64,000 nucleotides of DNA from an uncultured Actinomycetes bacterium (GTDB taxonomy: Bacteria > Actinomycetota > Thermoleophilia > Gaiellales > JAICJC01), in contig CAVPTL010000008.1 in the NCBI GenBank assembly GCA_963708725.1, forward strand, positions 733,697 through 797,696, read 5' to 3'. Under the pieces are notes generated by a model. The model did no database searches. It had not been told where the DNA came from and saw only the letters and a list, made by a program, of their open reading frames with translations. A program made the position numbers and the translations under genes. Positions 28,138 to 38,479 of this stretch are shown here, piece by piece (the stretch's first letter is position 1; every line of letters starts with the position of its first letter).

Positions 28138-28986
28138 GTGGCAAAGGGACGTGTTCGCGTGCAGATCGACGGTGGCCCCCAGTGGGGCCAAATCGACGCT
28201 GACCGAATCACGCTCGACTCCGGGGAGCATCTCGATGCGGCCACCGCGCAGTTCCTTGCACCGGTCGAGCCAACGAAGATCATCGCCACCCATCTCACCT
28301 ACCGTAGCCGGGTGGAGGAGTACGCCGCCCGGGTGCCGCCCTACCCCTCGTACTTCATGAAGCCGCCGACGACCCTCAACGGCCACGGCGGGATTCTGCG
28401 GAGGCCGTCCGGCTGCCGGTTTTTGAACTACGAGGGCGAGGTCGCGGTGGTGATCGGCAAACCGATGCACGGCGTGCCCGAGGATCAGGTGCTGGACTAC
28501 GTCGCGGGGTATGCGCCGTGTAACGATGTCGGCCTGCACGACTTTCGCCATGCCGACCGCGGCTCGATGCTGCGGGTCAAGGGCCAGGACGGTTTCTGCC
28601 CGATCGGACCCGCGCTCGTGCCAGCCGCCGACTTCGACCCGACCGATTTCACGCTTCGCACCTATCTCAACGGCGAGGTGGTGCAGGAAGGCGGCGCCGG
28701 CGATCTGATCTGGCCGATCTCCTACCTGCTCGCCGACCTGTGCCGGTTGATCACGCTCGAGCCGGGCGACATCGTGCTCTCGGGCACGCCGGCCAACTCG
28801 CGGCCGATGGAGCCGGGCGACGTCGTCGAGGTCGAGGTCTCGGGCCTCGGCCGGCTGTCCAACACGGTGGAAGAGTGGGACGTCGACCTCTCGGGGCCGG
28901 GCGATCAGCCCGAGGTCTCGGCCAACACGCTGCACGTCGCGCTGGCGATGCCCGAGGACGAAGCCGAGCGCACGGTGGGCGGATGA
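28138..28986 (+). CDS. FAH-family isomerase/decarboxylase (HpaG-like)
   Basis: 282 aa with NYEGEVAVVIGK and GDIVLSGTPANS blocks. It is the first gene of a translationally coupled plus-strand operon. Confidence 0.8.
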   Translation: MAKGRVRVQIDGGPQWGQIDADRITLDSGEHLDAATAQFLAPVEPTKIIATHLTYRSRVEEYAARVPPYPSYFMKPPTTLNGHGGILRRPSGCRFLNYEGEVAVVIGKPMHGVPEDQVLDYVAGYAPCNDVGLHDFRHADRGSMLRVKGQDGFCPIGPALVPAADFDPTDFTLRTYLNGEVVQEGGAGDLIWPISYLLADLCRLITLEPGDIVLSGTPANSRPMEPGDVVEVEVSGLGRLSNTVEEWDVDLSGPGDQPEVSANTLHVALAMPEDEAERTVGG

Positions 28987-29903
28987 TCGCGATTCGCCGC
29001 ATCGATCACGTGTGCCTGCGAGTGGCCGACGTGGACGAGGCGGCCGCGCGCTGGGGCGTGCAGTTTGGGCTGACGCTCACCGAACGAACCGCCGATCGCG
29101 CCTACCTTCGCTGTGGCTATGAGCCGTACAGCCTCGAACTGGTGGCCGGCGAGCCGGGCCACGATCACACCGGCTTTGAGCTGCGCCGAGGTGTCTCGCT
29201 CGACGATGCCGCCGCCCACCTGACGGGCACAGGGGTCGCCCACGAGCGCGACGGCGACCGGATCTGGCTCGGCGACGCCGAGGGAAACCGGATCGAGCTG
29301 ATGCCCTTTCGCCACGACGGCGACCGCCGCCCCGACATCGCCCGCTCGACCAGCGTCCTGCCGGGCTTTCGGCCGCGCAAACTCGGCCACGTCAACTTCC
29401 TGACCGGCGACCTGGCCGCCCAGACCGCCTTCTACACCGACGTGCTCGGCATGGGAGTGTCAGACCGGCTCGGCACCGGCGGTGCGTGGTTTCATGTGAA
29501 CTCCGAGCATCATGCGGTGGCGTTCGTCAACCAGGGCCACCGGCATCTGCACCACCTGGCGTTCGACATGGTCGATTGGAGCGGCCTGCGGGTCGCCTTC
29601 GATCACCTCGGCCAGCACGGACGCTGGCTCGGCTGGGGGCCGGTACGTCACGGCATCGCCCAGAACATCTGCGGGTACGTGCGGATCACCGAGGAGCCCA
29701 TGTTCGTCGAGCTCTACTGCGACATGGAACAGCTCGAACCCGACCACGAGCCACGCGACTGGCCCGACGACCGGCATTCGTCCAACACCTGGGGGCCGCT
29801 GCCGCCGCGTTCGTATTTCCGATTCGACCCGGAGGCCGTTCGCTACGAGCGCGACAGCCTCGAGATGCTGGGCGAGAAGCTGCCCCCGCTGGAGGTGACC
29901 TAG
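28983..29903 (+). CDS. Type I extradiol ring-cleavage dioxygenase (VOC superfamily; homoprotocatechuate/catechol 2,3-dioxygenase-like)
   Basis: ATGA overlap at 28983. It has two VOC modules (IDHVCLRV..., LGHVNFLT..., HHLAF). Confidence 0.78.
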   Translation: MIAIRRIDHVCLRVADVDEAAARWGVQFGLTLTERTADRAYLRCGYEPYSLELVAGEPGHDHTGFELRRGVSLDDAAAHLTGTGVAHERDGDRIWLGDAEGNRIELMPFRHDGDRRPDIARSTSVLPGFRPRKLGHVNFLTGDLAAQTAFYTDVLGMGVSDRLGTGGAWFHVNSEHHAVAFVNQGHRHLHHLAFDMVDWSGLRVAFDHLGQHGRWLGWGPVRHGIAQNICGYVRITEEPMFVELYCDMEQLEPDHEPRDWPDDRHSSNTWGPLPPRSYFRFDPEAVRYERDSLEMLGEKLPPLEVT

Positions 29904-31367
29904 ATGGCGACGACCAAGCCCGCGGTGGCTGCGCGCACCGGCCAGGAGTTCCTGGACGGACTGCGCGGCGATGCGCGCGAGATCTGGCTGAACGGCGAGA
30001 AGATCACCCACCCGCTCGATCATCCCGAGCTGGAGGCAGCGGCACGATCACTCGCGCGCGTGTACGACCTCCAGCACGAGCACGCCGACGAGATGCTCGC
30101 CCCCTCACCGGATGACGGACGGCTCGTGAACGTGTCGCATCTGATTCCTCGCTCGCGCGAGGATCTCGTGCGCCGCCGCCGTGCGATCGAGCTGACTGCC
30201 GCCGCCACCGCCGGCATGATGGGCCGCACCCCCGACTACCTCAACGTGACGTTTGCGTGCTTTGCCGGTCGCTCCGACGTGTGGGCGCGCCGCGACAACG
30301 AGCAGGGCGCCGCCAACATCGTGGCCTACCAGCGTGAGATGCGCGATCGCGACCTCTCGACCACCCACTCGATCATGAACCCGCAGGTCGACCGCACCAA
30401 GCCCGAGGCCGAACAGGCGGCAGGTGAGGTGGCGCTGCACAAGATCGGCGAGACCGAGAACCACATCACCGTCCGCGGCGCGCGCATGCTCGCGACCCTT
30501 GCGCCGTACGCCGACGAGCTCACGATCTATCCGGGCTCCGACATCCGTCCACAGGACGGCAGCTACGCGCTCTCGTTTGCGATCCCGATGGCCACGCCCG
30601 GCCTCAAGTTCATCTGCCGCGACTCGTATTCCAAGCAGCGTGACCCGTTCGACTACCCGCTCTCGTCGCGGTTTGACGAGATGGATGCGGTCGCCATCTT
30701 CGACGACGTCGAGGTGCCGAAGAGCCGCGTCTTTCTGGACGGCGACACGGTCGGGTATTCCGAGGTGATCTCCGACACCGGCTGGCGCGGGCACATCATG
30801 CAGCAGGCCTTCACCCGCGCCTACGTCAAGCTGTCATTCGCCTTCGGGCTGGGCCATCTGCTCGCCAATACCACCGGCGTCGTGCGCTTCGATCACATTC
30901 AGGAGAAGCTCGGCCGGATCTCGAACATGGTCGAGCTGACCCGCTCGGGGCTCGTGTCGGCCGAAGCCGGGTCGTTCCTGGACGAGGGCGGGGTGTGGTA
31001 TCCCGATGACCGCCCGTTCCTGGCGCTGCGCGGAGAGATGCCGCGGTGGCTGCCGAGCATCAACGAGCTGCTCCAGCTGATCGGCGGCGGCGGGTTCATG
31101 GCCACACCCTCGCGAGCCGACCTCGACGGCCCGCTGCGCGACGATATCGATCGCTACTACCAGTCGGCCGGTGCCGATGCCGAGCGCCGGATTCAGCTGT
31201 TCCGGCTCGCGTGGGATTACATCGGGTCAGATCTCGGCAGTCGCGGAGAGCTGTACGAGCGGTTCTACCTGTCAGACTCCTGGAGGATGACCGCGCTTGC
31301 CTACAAGCTCGCCGACAAGGGCTTCCCCGAGTCGCTGGTCGAGCAGTTCCTGGGAGGCACCGCATGA
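29904..31367 (+). CDS. hpaB: 4-hydroxyphenylacetate 3-monooxygenase, oxygenase component (HpaB family)
   Basis: 487 aa with typical HpaB-family length and blocks (TPDYLNV, HSIMNPQVDR, GGGGFMATPS). Confidence 0.8.
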   Translation: MATTKPAVAARTGQEFLDGLRGDAREIWLNGEKITHPLDHPELEAAARSLARVYDLQHEHADEMLAPSPDDGRLVNVSHLIPRSREDLVRRRRAIELTAAATAGMMGRTPDYLNVTFACFAGRSDVWARRDNEQGAANIVAYQREMRDRDLSTTHSIMNPQVDRTKPEAEQAAGEVALHKIGETENHITVRGARMLATLAPYADELTIYPGSDIRPQDGSYALSFAIPMATPGLKFICRDSYSKQRDPFDYPLSSRFDEMDAVAIFDDVEVPKSRVFLDGDTVGYSEVISDTGWRGHIMQQAFTRAYVKLSFAFGLGHLLANTTGVVRFDHIQEKLGRISNMVELTRSGLVSAEAGSFLDEGGVWYPDDRPFLALRGEMPRWLPSINELLQLIGGGGFMATPSRADLDGPLRDDIDRYYQSAGADAERRIQLFRLAWDYIGSDLGSRGELYERFYLSDSWRMTALAYKLADKGFPESLVEQFLGGTA

Positions 31368-32143
31368 TCGGCGGCTACTCGCTGCCGCTGTCGCCCGCCG
31401 GCAAGGCCTCGCTGGTACCCGCGCCGCCATGGCACTACGTCGGCGACTTTCTGGTGATCGAGTACTGGGCGGATCCCGCCGCGGTGGCCGCGGCGCTGCC
31501 GCCGGGGCTCGTGCCCTATCCCGACGATCCCGGCCGGGCGGCCGCGCTGTTCGTCGATTGGCAGTCGTGCTCGGACTCCGGCGAGGAGCTGCTCGATCCG
31601 ATCCGCGGGCAGTACAAGGAGTTCTTCATCGTGGTGAGCGCGATGCTCGGCGACGAGCTGGTCACGACCTGCCCCTACATCTGGGTCGATCGCGACTTTG
31701 CCCTCGTCCGCGGCTGGATTCAAGGCTTTCCCAAGAAGCTCGCGTCGATTCAGATGACGCGGAGCTTCGGGCTCGACTGCAAGGCGGAGGGCCGCACCTT
31801 TGCCGGTACCGTGCAGGCGGGCGACCGCCGGATTGCAGAGGGCACGGTAACGCCCGAGCGTGTCGCCGAATCTGGCCCCACGCACAACGATCCACCGCTG
31901 ATCAACCATCGCCATTTTCCCCGGCTGGCCGCCGGCCGCCATGCCGATCCGGCGGTCGACGAGCTGGTGCGGGCGCGTAGCAGCGACCGCTCGATCTCAA
32001 CCATCCACGAAGGGCGGGCGACGCTCGACCTGCTGCCCTCGCCGGGTGACGAGCACACCGCCCTTGCGCCCGTGCGGATGGGCAAGGGCTTCCGGTTCCA
32101 GTTCGCCTATACCGTCGACGACCTCGAGACGGTGGCCGGATGA
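31364..32143 (+). CDS. Acetoacetate decarboxylase (ADC)-family protein
   Basis: ATGA overlap at 31364. The N-terminus MIGGYSLPLSPAGKASLVPAPPWHYVGDFLVIEYWADP is typical of ADC-like enzymes. Confidence 0.7.
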   Translation: MIGGYSLPLSPAGKASLVPAPPWHYVGDFLVIEYWADPAAVAAALPPGLVPYPDDPGRAAALFVDWQSCSDSGEELLDPIRGQYKEFFIVVSAMLGDELVTTCPYIWVDRDFALVRGWIQGFPKKLASIQMTRSFGLDCKAEGRTFAGTVQAGDRRIAEGTVTPERVAESGPTHNDPPLINHRHFPRLAAGRHADPAVDELVRARSSDRSISTIHEGRATLDLLPSPGDEHTALAPVRMGKGFRFQFAYTVDDLETVAG

Positions 32144-33591
32144 GCACGCTCGTCGCCGGCGTGGATGTCTCCCCTGAGCATCTGATCGGTGGGCGGCGGG
32201 TGGGCTCGGCCGAGACCTTCACCGACATCTCGCCGATCGACCAGTCGGTGATCGCCGAGGTGGCCCGCGGTGGCCCGACCGAGACCGAGATGGCGGTTGC
32301 CGCCGCCCGCGATGCGTTCCCGGGTTGGGCTGCGCTCGGGCCGGCTGGCCGGGCGCCGTATCTGCGCCGGCTGGCCGATCTGATCGACGCCTCGATCGAC
32401 CGGATCGCGATGGTGGAGTGTCTCGACATGGCGATGTTGCAGCGCTCGCTCCAGGCGCGCGTGATCGGCCGCGGGGCTCGCAACTTCCGAAGCTATGCCG
32501 AGCTGGCCGAAGGCTATTCCGAGCGTGTGTGGTCGTCGGGTTCGACCGACAACCGAGTGATCCGGATGCCGTCGGGGCCGGCGGCGGTGATCACCCCCTG
32601 GAACGCCCCGTTCATGCTCTCGACGTGGAAGACCGCGCCCGCGCTGGCGGCCGGATCGACGGTGATCCTGAAGCCGCCCGAGTGGGCGCCGCTGTCGTGC
32701 TCGATCCTGGCGGGGCTGACCGTCGAAGCCGGGTTCCCGCCGGGCGTCTTCAATATCGTGCAGGGAATCGGCGAGGAAGCGGGCGCCGCGCTCGTCGCCA
32801 ACCCCGGGTTGCGCCGGATCAGCTTCACCGGCTCGCCCGAGACGGGCCGCTCGATCGGCGCGTCGGCCGCAGCCAACATCGTTCCGTTCACCGCCGAGCT
32901 CGGCGGCAAGGGGCCGCTGATCGTGTTCGAGGACGCCGACATCGACGCCGCCGCGGCCAAGGCCGCCGGGCAGTACGACGATGCCGGTCAGGTGTGTTTG
33001 GCCGGCACCCGGCTGCTGGTGCAGGAGTCGGTCGCCGGCGCCTTCCTCGAACGGTTCCACGCCGGGGTTGACGCCCAGGTGCTCGGCGATCCCCGTGAGG
33101 ATTCGACCACGATCTCGCCGTTGATCCATCCCGACCACCTGGCTCGGGTCGAGGGTTTCGTCGAGCGCGCTCGGGCAAACGGCGACCGCATCGTCCGCGG
33201 CGGCAAGCGTTCCGATCTCGGCGGCCTGTGGTATGAGCCGACGCTGATCGAGCCGCGCTCCAACGACTCCGAGATCATCCAGCGTGAGGTGTTCGGGCCG
33301 GTGCTGACCTATCAGACGTTCCGCGACGAGGATGAGGCGGTGGCACTCGCCAACTCGACCGCCTACGGCCTTTCGGCGATCATCTACACCGGCACCGAGG
33401 AGCGAGCGGAGCGAGTCGGCCGGGCGGTGCGGGCAGGCACCGTGTGGGTCAATACCTTTCTCGTTCGTGATCTGACCGCGCCGTTTGGCGGCACCGGCAT
33501 CTCGGGCATCGGCCGCGAGGGCGGCGATCACGCGCTCGACTTCTACTCCGATCTCAAGACGCTCCAGATCTCGCAGGGAACGACGACGTGA
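32140..33591 (+). CDS. NAD-dependent aldehyde dehydrogenase (5-carboxymethyl-2-hydroxymuconate semialdehyde dehydrogenase-like)
   Basis: ATGA overlap at 32140. Motifs ELGGKGP and the catalytic Cys context GQVCLAGTR. Confidence 0.85.
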   Translation: MSTLVAGVDVSPEHLIGGRRVGSAETFTDISPIDQSVIAEVARGGPTETEMAVAAARDAFPGWAALGPAGRAPYLRRLADLIDASIDRIAMVECLDMAMLQRSLQARVIGRGARNFRSYAELAEGYSERVWSSGSTDNRVIRMPSGPAAVITPWNAPFMLSTWKTAPALAAGSTVILKPPEWAPLSCSILAGLTVEAGFPPGVFNIVQGIGEEAGAALVANPGLRRISFTGSPETGRSIGASAAANIVPFTAELGGKGPLIVFEDADIDAAAAKAAGQYDDAGQVCLAGTRLLVQESVAGAFLERFHAGVDAQVLGDPREDSTTISPLIHPDHLARVEGFVERARANGDRIVRGGKRSDLGGLWYEPTLIEPRSNDSEIIQREVFGPVLTYQTFRDEDEAVALANSTAYGLSAIIYTGTEERAERVGRAVRAGTVWVNTFLVRDLTAPFGGTGISGIGREGGDHALDFYSDLKTLQISQGTTT

Positions 33592-34835
33592 CCATCTCGC
33601 CGGCGGATGTCCACCTCGATAACGACGCGTTTTCGCAGCGCGTCCCTCACGAGCTGTTCGCGCGCATGCGCGACGAGGCGCCGGTGCTCTGGTACGACTG
33701 GCCCTACGGCCGCGGCTTCTGGTCGGTGACGCGATACGACGACATCGTGACGGTGCTGAAGGATTGGCGCACGTACTCGTCCGAGGTGGGTGGCACCGCG
33801 CTCGAGGATCTCGATCCCGACCAGGTCGAGGCCCGCAAGTCGATGCTCGACGCCGACCCGCCCGAACATTCCAGCCTGCGCGCGATCGTCAACAAGGGGT
33901 TCACGCCACGCGCCGTCGCCGCCTACGAAGATCTGCTGCGGAACCTGACCCGCACGATCCTCGACGACGCCCTGCCCAGGGGCGAGTTCGACTTCATCGA
34001 GGAGGTCGCCAAGCAGCTGCCGATCCAGGTGCTGTGCCGGATCCTCGGCGTGCCGCTGGTCGACGACGAGAAGATGATCGACCTCGGTGACCGCATGATC
34101 GGAAATACCGATCCCGACTCGGGCGGGCTGCACCCGGGTAGTCCCGAGAGCGATCAGTACCGGCTGCTGCCGTTTCGCAGCCCGTACGCGAAGGAGCTGT
34201 TTGACTATGGCCACGACCTGGCGGCCAAGCGGCGGGAGGATCCCCGCGATGACCTGGTGTCCAAGCTCGTGGCCTGGGAGGACGACGACGGCCGCCGCCT
34301 GACCGAGCAGGAGTTCGACACGATGTTCCTGCTGCTGGTGGTTGCGGGCAACGAGACCACGCGCCAGTCGATCGCTCACGGGCTCGCGGCGCTGGTGGAG
34401 CACCCCGACGCGATGCAGCGGATGCGCTCCGACCCGGAGGTGATGAAGACCGCGGTCGAAGAGATCATGCGCTGGTCGTCGCCCGTGATCCATTTCCGTC
34501 GCACCGCGACCACCGACACCGAGCTGAACGGCGTCTCGATCAAGGCGGGCGACAAGGTGGTCGTGTGGTTGATCTCGGGGAACTTCGACGAGCGCCAGTT
34601 CGAGCAGCCATACACGTTTGACATCACTCGCAAGCCCAACCGCCACGTCACCTTCGGGCGGGGCGGGCCGCACTTCTGCCTGGGCGCGCATCTCGCGGTG
34701 CTCGAGACGCGGGTGATGTTCGAAGAGCTTTTGCCGCGCGTCGGTTCGGTGGAGCTGACCGCGCCGCCCAGGCGCCTGGAATCGAACTTCACCAACGCGT
34801 TCAAGTCGATGCCGGTGCGCGTCACACCCGCGTAA
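33588..34835 (+). CDS. Cytochrome P450
   Basis: GTGA overlap at 33588. Motifs AGNETT (I-helix), EIMRW (ExxR) and FGRGGPHFCLGAHLA (heme Cys loop). Confidence 0.9.
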   Translation: MTISPADVHLDNDAFSQRVPHELFARMRDEAPVLWYDWPYGRGFWSVTRYDDIVTVLKDWRTYSSEVGGTALEDLDPDQVEARKSMLDADPPEHSSLRAIVNKGFTPRAVAAYEDLLRNLTRTILDDALPRGEFDFIEEVAKQLPIQVLCRILGVPLVDDEKMIDLGDRMIGNTDPDSGGLHPGSPESDQYRLLPFRSPYAKELFDYGHDLAAKRREDPRDDLVSKLVAWEDDDGRRLTEQEFDTMFLLLVVAGNETTRQSIAHGLAALVEHPDAMQRMRSDPEVMKTAVEEIMRWSSPVIHFRRTATTDTELNGVSIKAGDKVVVWLISGNFDERQFEQPYTFDITRKPNRHVTFGRGGPHFCLGAHLAVLETRVMFEELLPRVGSVELTAPPRRLESNFTNAFKSMPVRVTPA

Positions 34836-34871
34836 GATCTTCCCAAATCGTGTCCGAAAGAAGGATCGCCG

Positions 34872-36203
34872 ATGTCCAATTCCGCGCTTGAGCTGCTGAT
34901 CGAGGAGGGGGTCACCACGGTTCGGCTGGCCTATTCCGACCTGCACGGGATCGCCCGCGGCAAGGAGTTCCCCGCCGACTACTTCCAGCACCTGATGCAC
35001 GACGGGGCGCCGCACTGCGAGGCCATCATGACCGTCGACCTCCAGCACAACGTGATCTCGGGCTTCGAGCACGGCTTTCAGGACATCGTCGCCCGTCCCG
35101 ACGAGTCGACGCTGGCGCGGCTGCCGTGGGATCCCGAGGTCGCATGGCTGCTCGGTGATCTCGAGCGAATGGACGGCTCGCCGTACGGCGTTGATTCCCG
35201 CGCGGTGCTGAAACAGGCGGTCGCGCGGTTCAACGAGCGCGGACTCTCGCCCGTGATGGGGCCCGAGCTCGAGTTCTATCTGTGCGAGCCGGATCCCTCG
35301 CGACCGCAGGGCTACCGTCGCTATGTCGACAACCCCAGTCATGTGTACACGGTGGGGTCGGTGGCCGATCCGCGCGGGATCCTGCGGCGGATGTTGCACG
35401 CCGCGGTCGACCTCGACCTGGGGGCGTTTGCGGCCAACCACGAGTATGGGCGATCCCAGTTCGAGATCAACCTGACCCATAGCGACGCGCTGGACGCCGC
35501 CGACCGCGCGTTCATGTTCAAGGCGATGGTCAAGGAGATGGCCGCCGCCGAGGGCCTTTTGGCGACGTTCATCGGTAAGCCCTGGAATGACGACGAGGGG
35601 TCGGGCTTCCACCTGCACTTCTCGCTGGTGGACGGCGACGGCGTCAACCTCCTGGCGGACGAGAACGGGCCGGACGGACTGTCGGAGCTCGCGCGCCAGT
35701 TTCTCGCCGGCGTTCTGGAGCACGGCCAGGCGCTGATGGCCTTCCTCAACCCCACCACCAACGCCTATCGCCGGATCACCGAGATGGCCCAGGTGCCGAC
35801 GCTGGTCAGCTGGGGCCACGACAACCGGCTGTGCATGGTGCGCGTGCCGCGCGAGCGTGGCGCCGCCACCCGGCTCGAGGTGCGTGTGGCCGACGGTGCC
35901 TCCAACCCGTACCTGGCGACGGCCGCGGTGCTGATGGCAGGTCTTGACGGGATCGATCGCAAGCTGGAGCCGCCGCCGCCGCTGGAGGGTTTGATCTACG
36001 AGCAGCCCGGAGTGGAGAACTGTCCGCCGCTCCCGCGCTCGTTCGACGCTGCCATCGCGCACCTGGCGGAGGATGCGTATCTGAACGAGGCGATGGGCGA
36101 GGAGCTGGTTCGCGTCTTCCTCGAGATCAAGGGGGCCGAGCTGGCACGGGCCAACGCCTACACCACGGACTGGGAGTTCAACGAGTACACCCACCACCTC
36201 TGA
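34872..36203 (+). CDS. Glutamine synthetase-family ligase (type I/III-like; gamma-glutamyl-amine synthetase candidate)
   Basis: 443 aa with GS catalytic-domain blocks (GPELEFYL, EINL, GSGFHLHFSL, NAYRR). Confidence 0.8.
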   Translation: MSNSALELLIEEGVTTVRLAYSDLHGIARGKEFPADYFQHLMHDGAPHCEAIMTVDLQHNVISGFEHGFQDIVARPDESTLARLPWDPEVAWLLGDLERMDGSPYGVDSRAVLKQAVARFNERGLSPVMGPELEFYLCEPDPSRPQGYRRYVDNPSHVYTVGSVADPRGILRRMLHAAVDLDLGAFAANHEYGRSQFEINLTHSDALDAADRAFMFKAMVKEMAAAEGLLATFIGKPWNDDEGSGFHLHFSLVDGDGVNLLADENGPDGLSELARQFLAGVLEHGQALMAFLNPTTNAYRRITEMAQVPTLVSWGHDNRLCMVRVPRERGAATRLEVRVADGASNPYLATAAVLMAGLDGIDRKLEPPPPLEGLIYEQPGVENCPPLPRSFDAAIAHLAEDAYLNEAMGEELVRVFLEIKGAELARANAYTTDWEFNEYTHHL

Positions 36204-36275
36204 GGCTGGTCCGTTGGGTCTGCCGCTCCGCTCACCACTCGATCCTTGCCACAGACCCAACGGCCTGCGCCTCAG
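36200..36275. repeat. B-type hairpin element B1 (nested inverted repeats around a core shared with 61669-61697)
   Basis: ctgaggc (36200-36206) pairs with gcctcag (36269-36275). ccgttgggtctg (36211-36222) pairs with cagacccaacgg (36252-36263). The core gctccgctcaccactcgatccttgccaca lies at 36225-36253. Confidence 0.7.
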
Positions 36276-36289
36276 GCGCCGGTCGCATT

Positions 36290-36321
36290 TGAATAAATGG
36301 TGCCAGGCACCATTTATTCAC
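36290..36321. repeat. Palindromic intergenic repeat copy 5 (16-nt arms, centre A, first base degenerate)
   Basis: Sequence tgaataaatggtgccAggcaccatttattcac, between convergent gene ends (36203 and 36351). Confidence 0.85.
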
Positions 36322-36350
36322 GTGACAGAGCTGACACGGAGTTGTGACAG

Positions 36351-37208
36351 TTAGCCTGTGGGGACGGTGAACTGGCCGTCGCCGACGATGACGGCGTGGC
36401 CGCTTACTTTGACCGCAGTGATGGCGTCGGGTGAGCTACCTTCGACCTTGGCGTAGAGCGTGCTGGGGCGACCGATCTCGGCGCCCTGGGAGATCGTGAT
36501 CTCGGTTCCGATCGGCACCAATCCGTGGCGAACCGCATGGCAGGCAAGCGGACCGGCCGCCGACCCGGTCGCCGGATCCTCGCCGCTGATCTGGGCGGGT
36601 GCGAACATCCGCGTCTTCCACTCCGTACCCGACCCGCCGAAGCAGTTGAAGCCCGAACCCTCGTTCCCGGTCGAGAGTTGCAGCCGGGCAAGGGCCGCGA
36701 TGTCGGGATCGAGTGCCGCCACCGCCTCGCGTGAATCCAGCACGACGTAGACATGCGCCATACCGTTGTCGTACACCTCGACCGGCAGCTCGGAGCGCTC
36801 GACGCCGAGGATCGCAAGCAGCTCGTCCGCGTATGCAAACGGCTCCACCGTGGGAATCGGCTGTGCCATGGTCGCGTAGTTGCCCTCGACCAGTACCTCC
36901 ACCGGCCCGGCCCCGGTCTCGAGCACCAGCCGGTTGAGGCCGCGCTGACCGGCGAGCACAACCGCGGTGCCGATCACGGGATGGCCGGCAAACGGGATCT
37001 CGGCCGTCGGGACGTAGATCCGGATCCGCGCGGTGTTCTCGGGGTCGTCCGGCGGATAGACGTACACCGTCTCGGAGAAGTTGATCTCTCGCGCGAGCCG
37101 CTGCTGGAGTGAGTCAGAAACCGCGGCGCCGTCGTCGAACACCGCGAGCTGATTGCCCTCGAGCGGCCGGTCGGTAAAGACATCACAGATCGTGAACTGC
37201 ATGGCCAT
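36351..37208 (-). CDS. PhzF-family isomerase/epimerase
   Basis: 285 aa. The N-terminus MAMQFTICDVFTDRPLEGNQLAVF is typical of PhzF/YddE proteins. Confidence 0.82.
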   Translation of the reverse strand: MAMQFTICDVFTDRPLEGNQLAVFDDGAAVSDSLQQRLAREINFSETVYVYPPDDPENTARIRIYVPTAEIPFAGHPVIGTAVVLAGQRGLNRLVLETGAGPVEVLVEGNYATMAQPIPTVEPFAYADELLAILGVERSELPVEVYDNGMAHVYVVLDSREAVAALDPDIAALARLQLSTGNEGSGFNCFGGSGTEWKTRMFAPAQISGEDPATGSAAGPLACHAVRHGLVPIGTEITISQGAEIGRPSTLYAKVEGSSPDAITAVKVSGHAVIVGDGQFTVPTG

Positions 37209-37341
37209 GGTCCGAAACGTAACAGTTTTGTGACGTTTTCAGGCTCAGGCTGGCTCCTGGTTTCCGGATCGCGAGACCGTGGTCTGGCTGGTTGGTTCAT
37301 CGCTTTGGCTTGCGCTCGCCGTGAGGCGCCGTCGCCAGCTT

Positions 37342-38479
37342 TCAGCGTCCTGACAGCCCCCATGCGGCGTCGTACGCACCGCGCACGTCAGCCTCGCTCC
37401 AGTCGAGCGGATCCATGCTGAGGCAGTAGTCATCCAGCGCGGCGGGCACCATCGCCTCGATCAGATCGGCATCGAGTCCGAGCGAACCACACGTGGGAAA
37501 CTCGACCGCCGCGAGGATCCGCCGCACAGCGCTCACTGCCCGTGAACCGTCCGCCGCTCCTCCGGCCGGCTCGCCCAGTGCGTCGGCCGACTCGCTCGAG
37601 CAGCGGCGCACACACGCGGCGGTTGGTATCCAGCGCCTCGGCAAGGAACAGCCCGACGGTGAGACCGTGCGGCAGGTGTGCAAGCCCGCCCAGCGCGTGA
37701 CCCAGGCCATGATCGGCTCCGCAGTCAGAGAGATTCATCGAGAGCCCGGCCATCAGGCTGCCGAGGCTGGTCTGCGTACGGGCTTCACGGTCGTGCCCGT
37801 CGCTGACGGCCGCGGGAAGGCCCTGCGCGAGGTACCGACATGCCTCGAGCCCGAGTGCGATCGAGCCAGGATTGCGGTTGCGGACGATCACTCCGCCGAT
37901 CGCCTGGGCGAGGGCATCGACTCCACATTCGCGGGTGGGCGCGGTCGGCAGGTCGAGCGTCAGCAGCGGATCAACCAGGGCATGCTGGGCGCGCATCAGC
38001 GGGTGGGCGGCACCGCGCTTGCGGGTGCCGACGGTCACCACCGCGCCGCCGGAGACTTCCGACCCGGTGCCCGAAGTCGTGGGCACGGTGACAAGTGGCA
38101 GCCGGGGCGCCGTGACCTCGACCTCGAATCGGGTGAATCGTTCGAACGGCTCGCCTTGACCGAACTCGAGCCGCGCGGCCTTGGCGAGATCCATCGTGGA
38201 TCCGCCACCGATGGCCACGATCGCGTCGGCGTTTTGCGCATGCAGCGCACCGGTCAGCTCGGAGATCATCTCGAAGGTCGGCTCACCGCCAGGCTTCAGG
38301 TGGAAGCCGGCGCACGCCTCGATCGCCTCCGCCACCGCGGGGATCGCGGCCACCGGCTGCTCGGTGACCACCAACGCGTTGGTCGATCCCAGCTCCTCCA
38401 GTACCGCCGTCAGGTTCCCCACCGATCCGGCGCCAAAGGCGATCCGGACCGGCAGGTGGAACCCAAACGGCTCGATCAC
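37342..38479 (-). pseudogene. Iron-containing (group III) alcohol dehydrogenase with a frame disruption near 37588
   Basis: The N-terminal 297 codons are in the frame of ORF 37430..38479 (GGGSTMDLAKA, HALGGLAHLPHG). The plausible C-terminus (ADALGEPAGG...NP-like tail...AAWG) is in the neighbouring frame as ORF 37342..37710. One extra base at about 37588 explains the break. Confidence 0.75.

Noticed and set aside
36225-36253. Sigma-54-like TGGCA-N-GC spacing on the minus strand of the B-element core (TGGCAAGGATCGAGC)
   Set aside because: The -12 element (GAGC) does not match TTGCW, and this high-G+C Actinomycetota-like lineage is not expected to encode sigma-54.
33543-36260. 905-aa minus-strand ORF spanning the P450 and GS-like genes
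   Set aside because: It is a shadow ORF typical of high-G+C DNA. Its translation is Arg/Gly/His/Val-rich with no motifs, while the plus-strand ORFs carry clear P450 and GS signatures.
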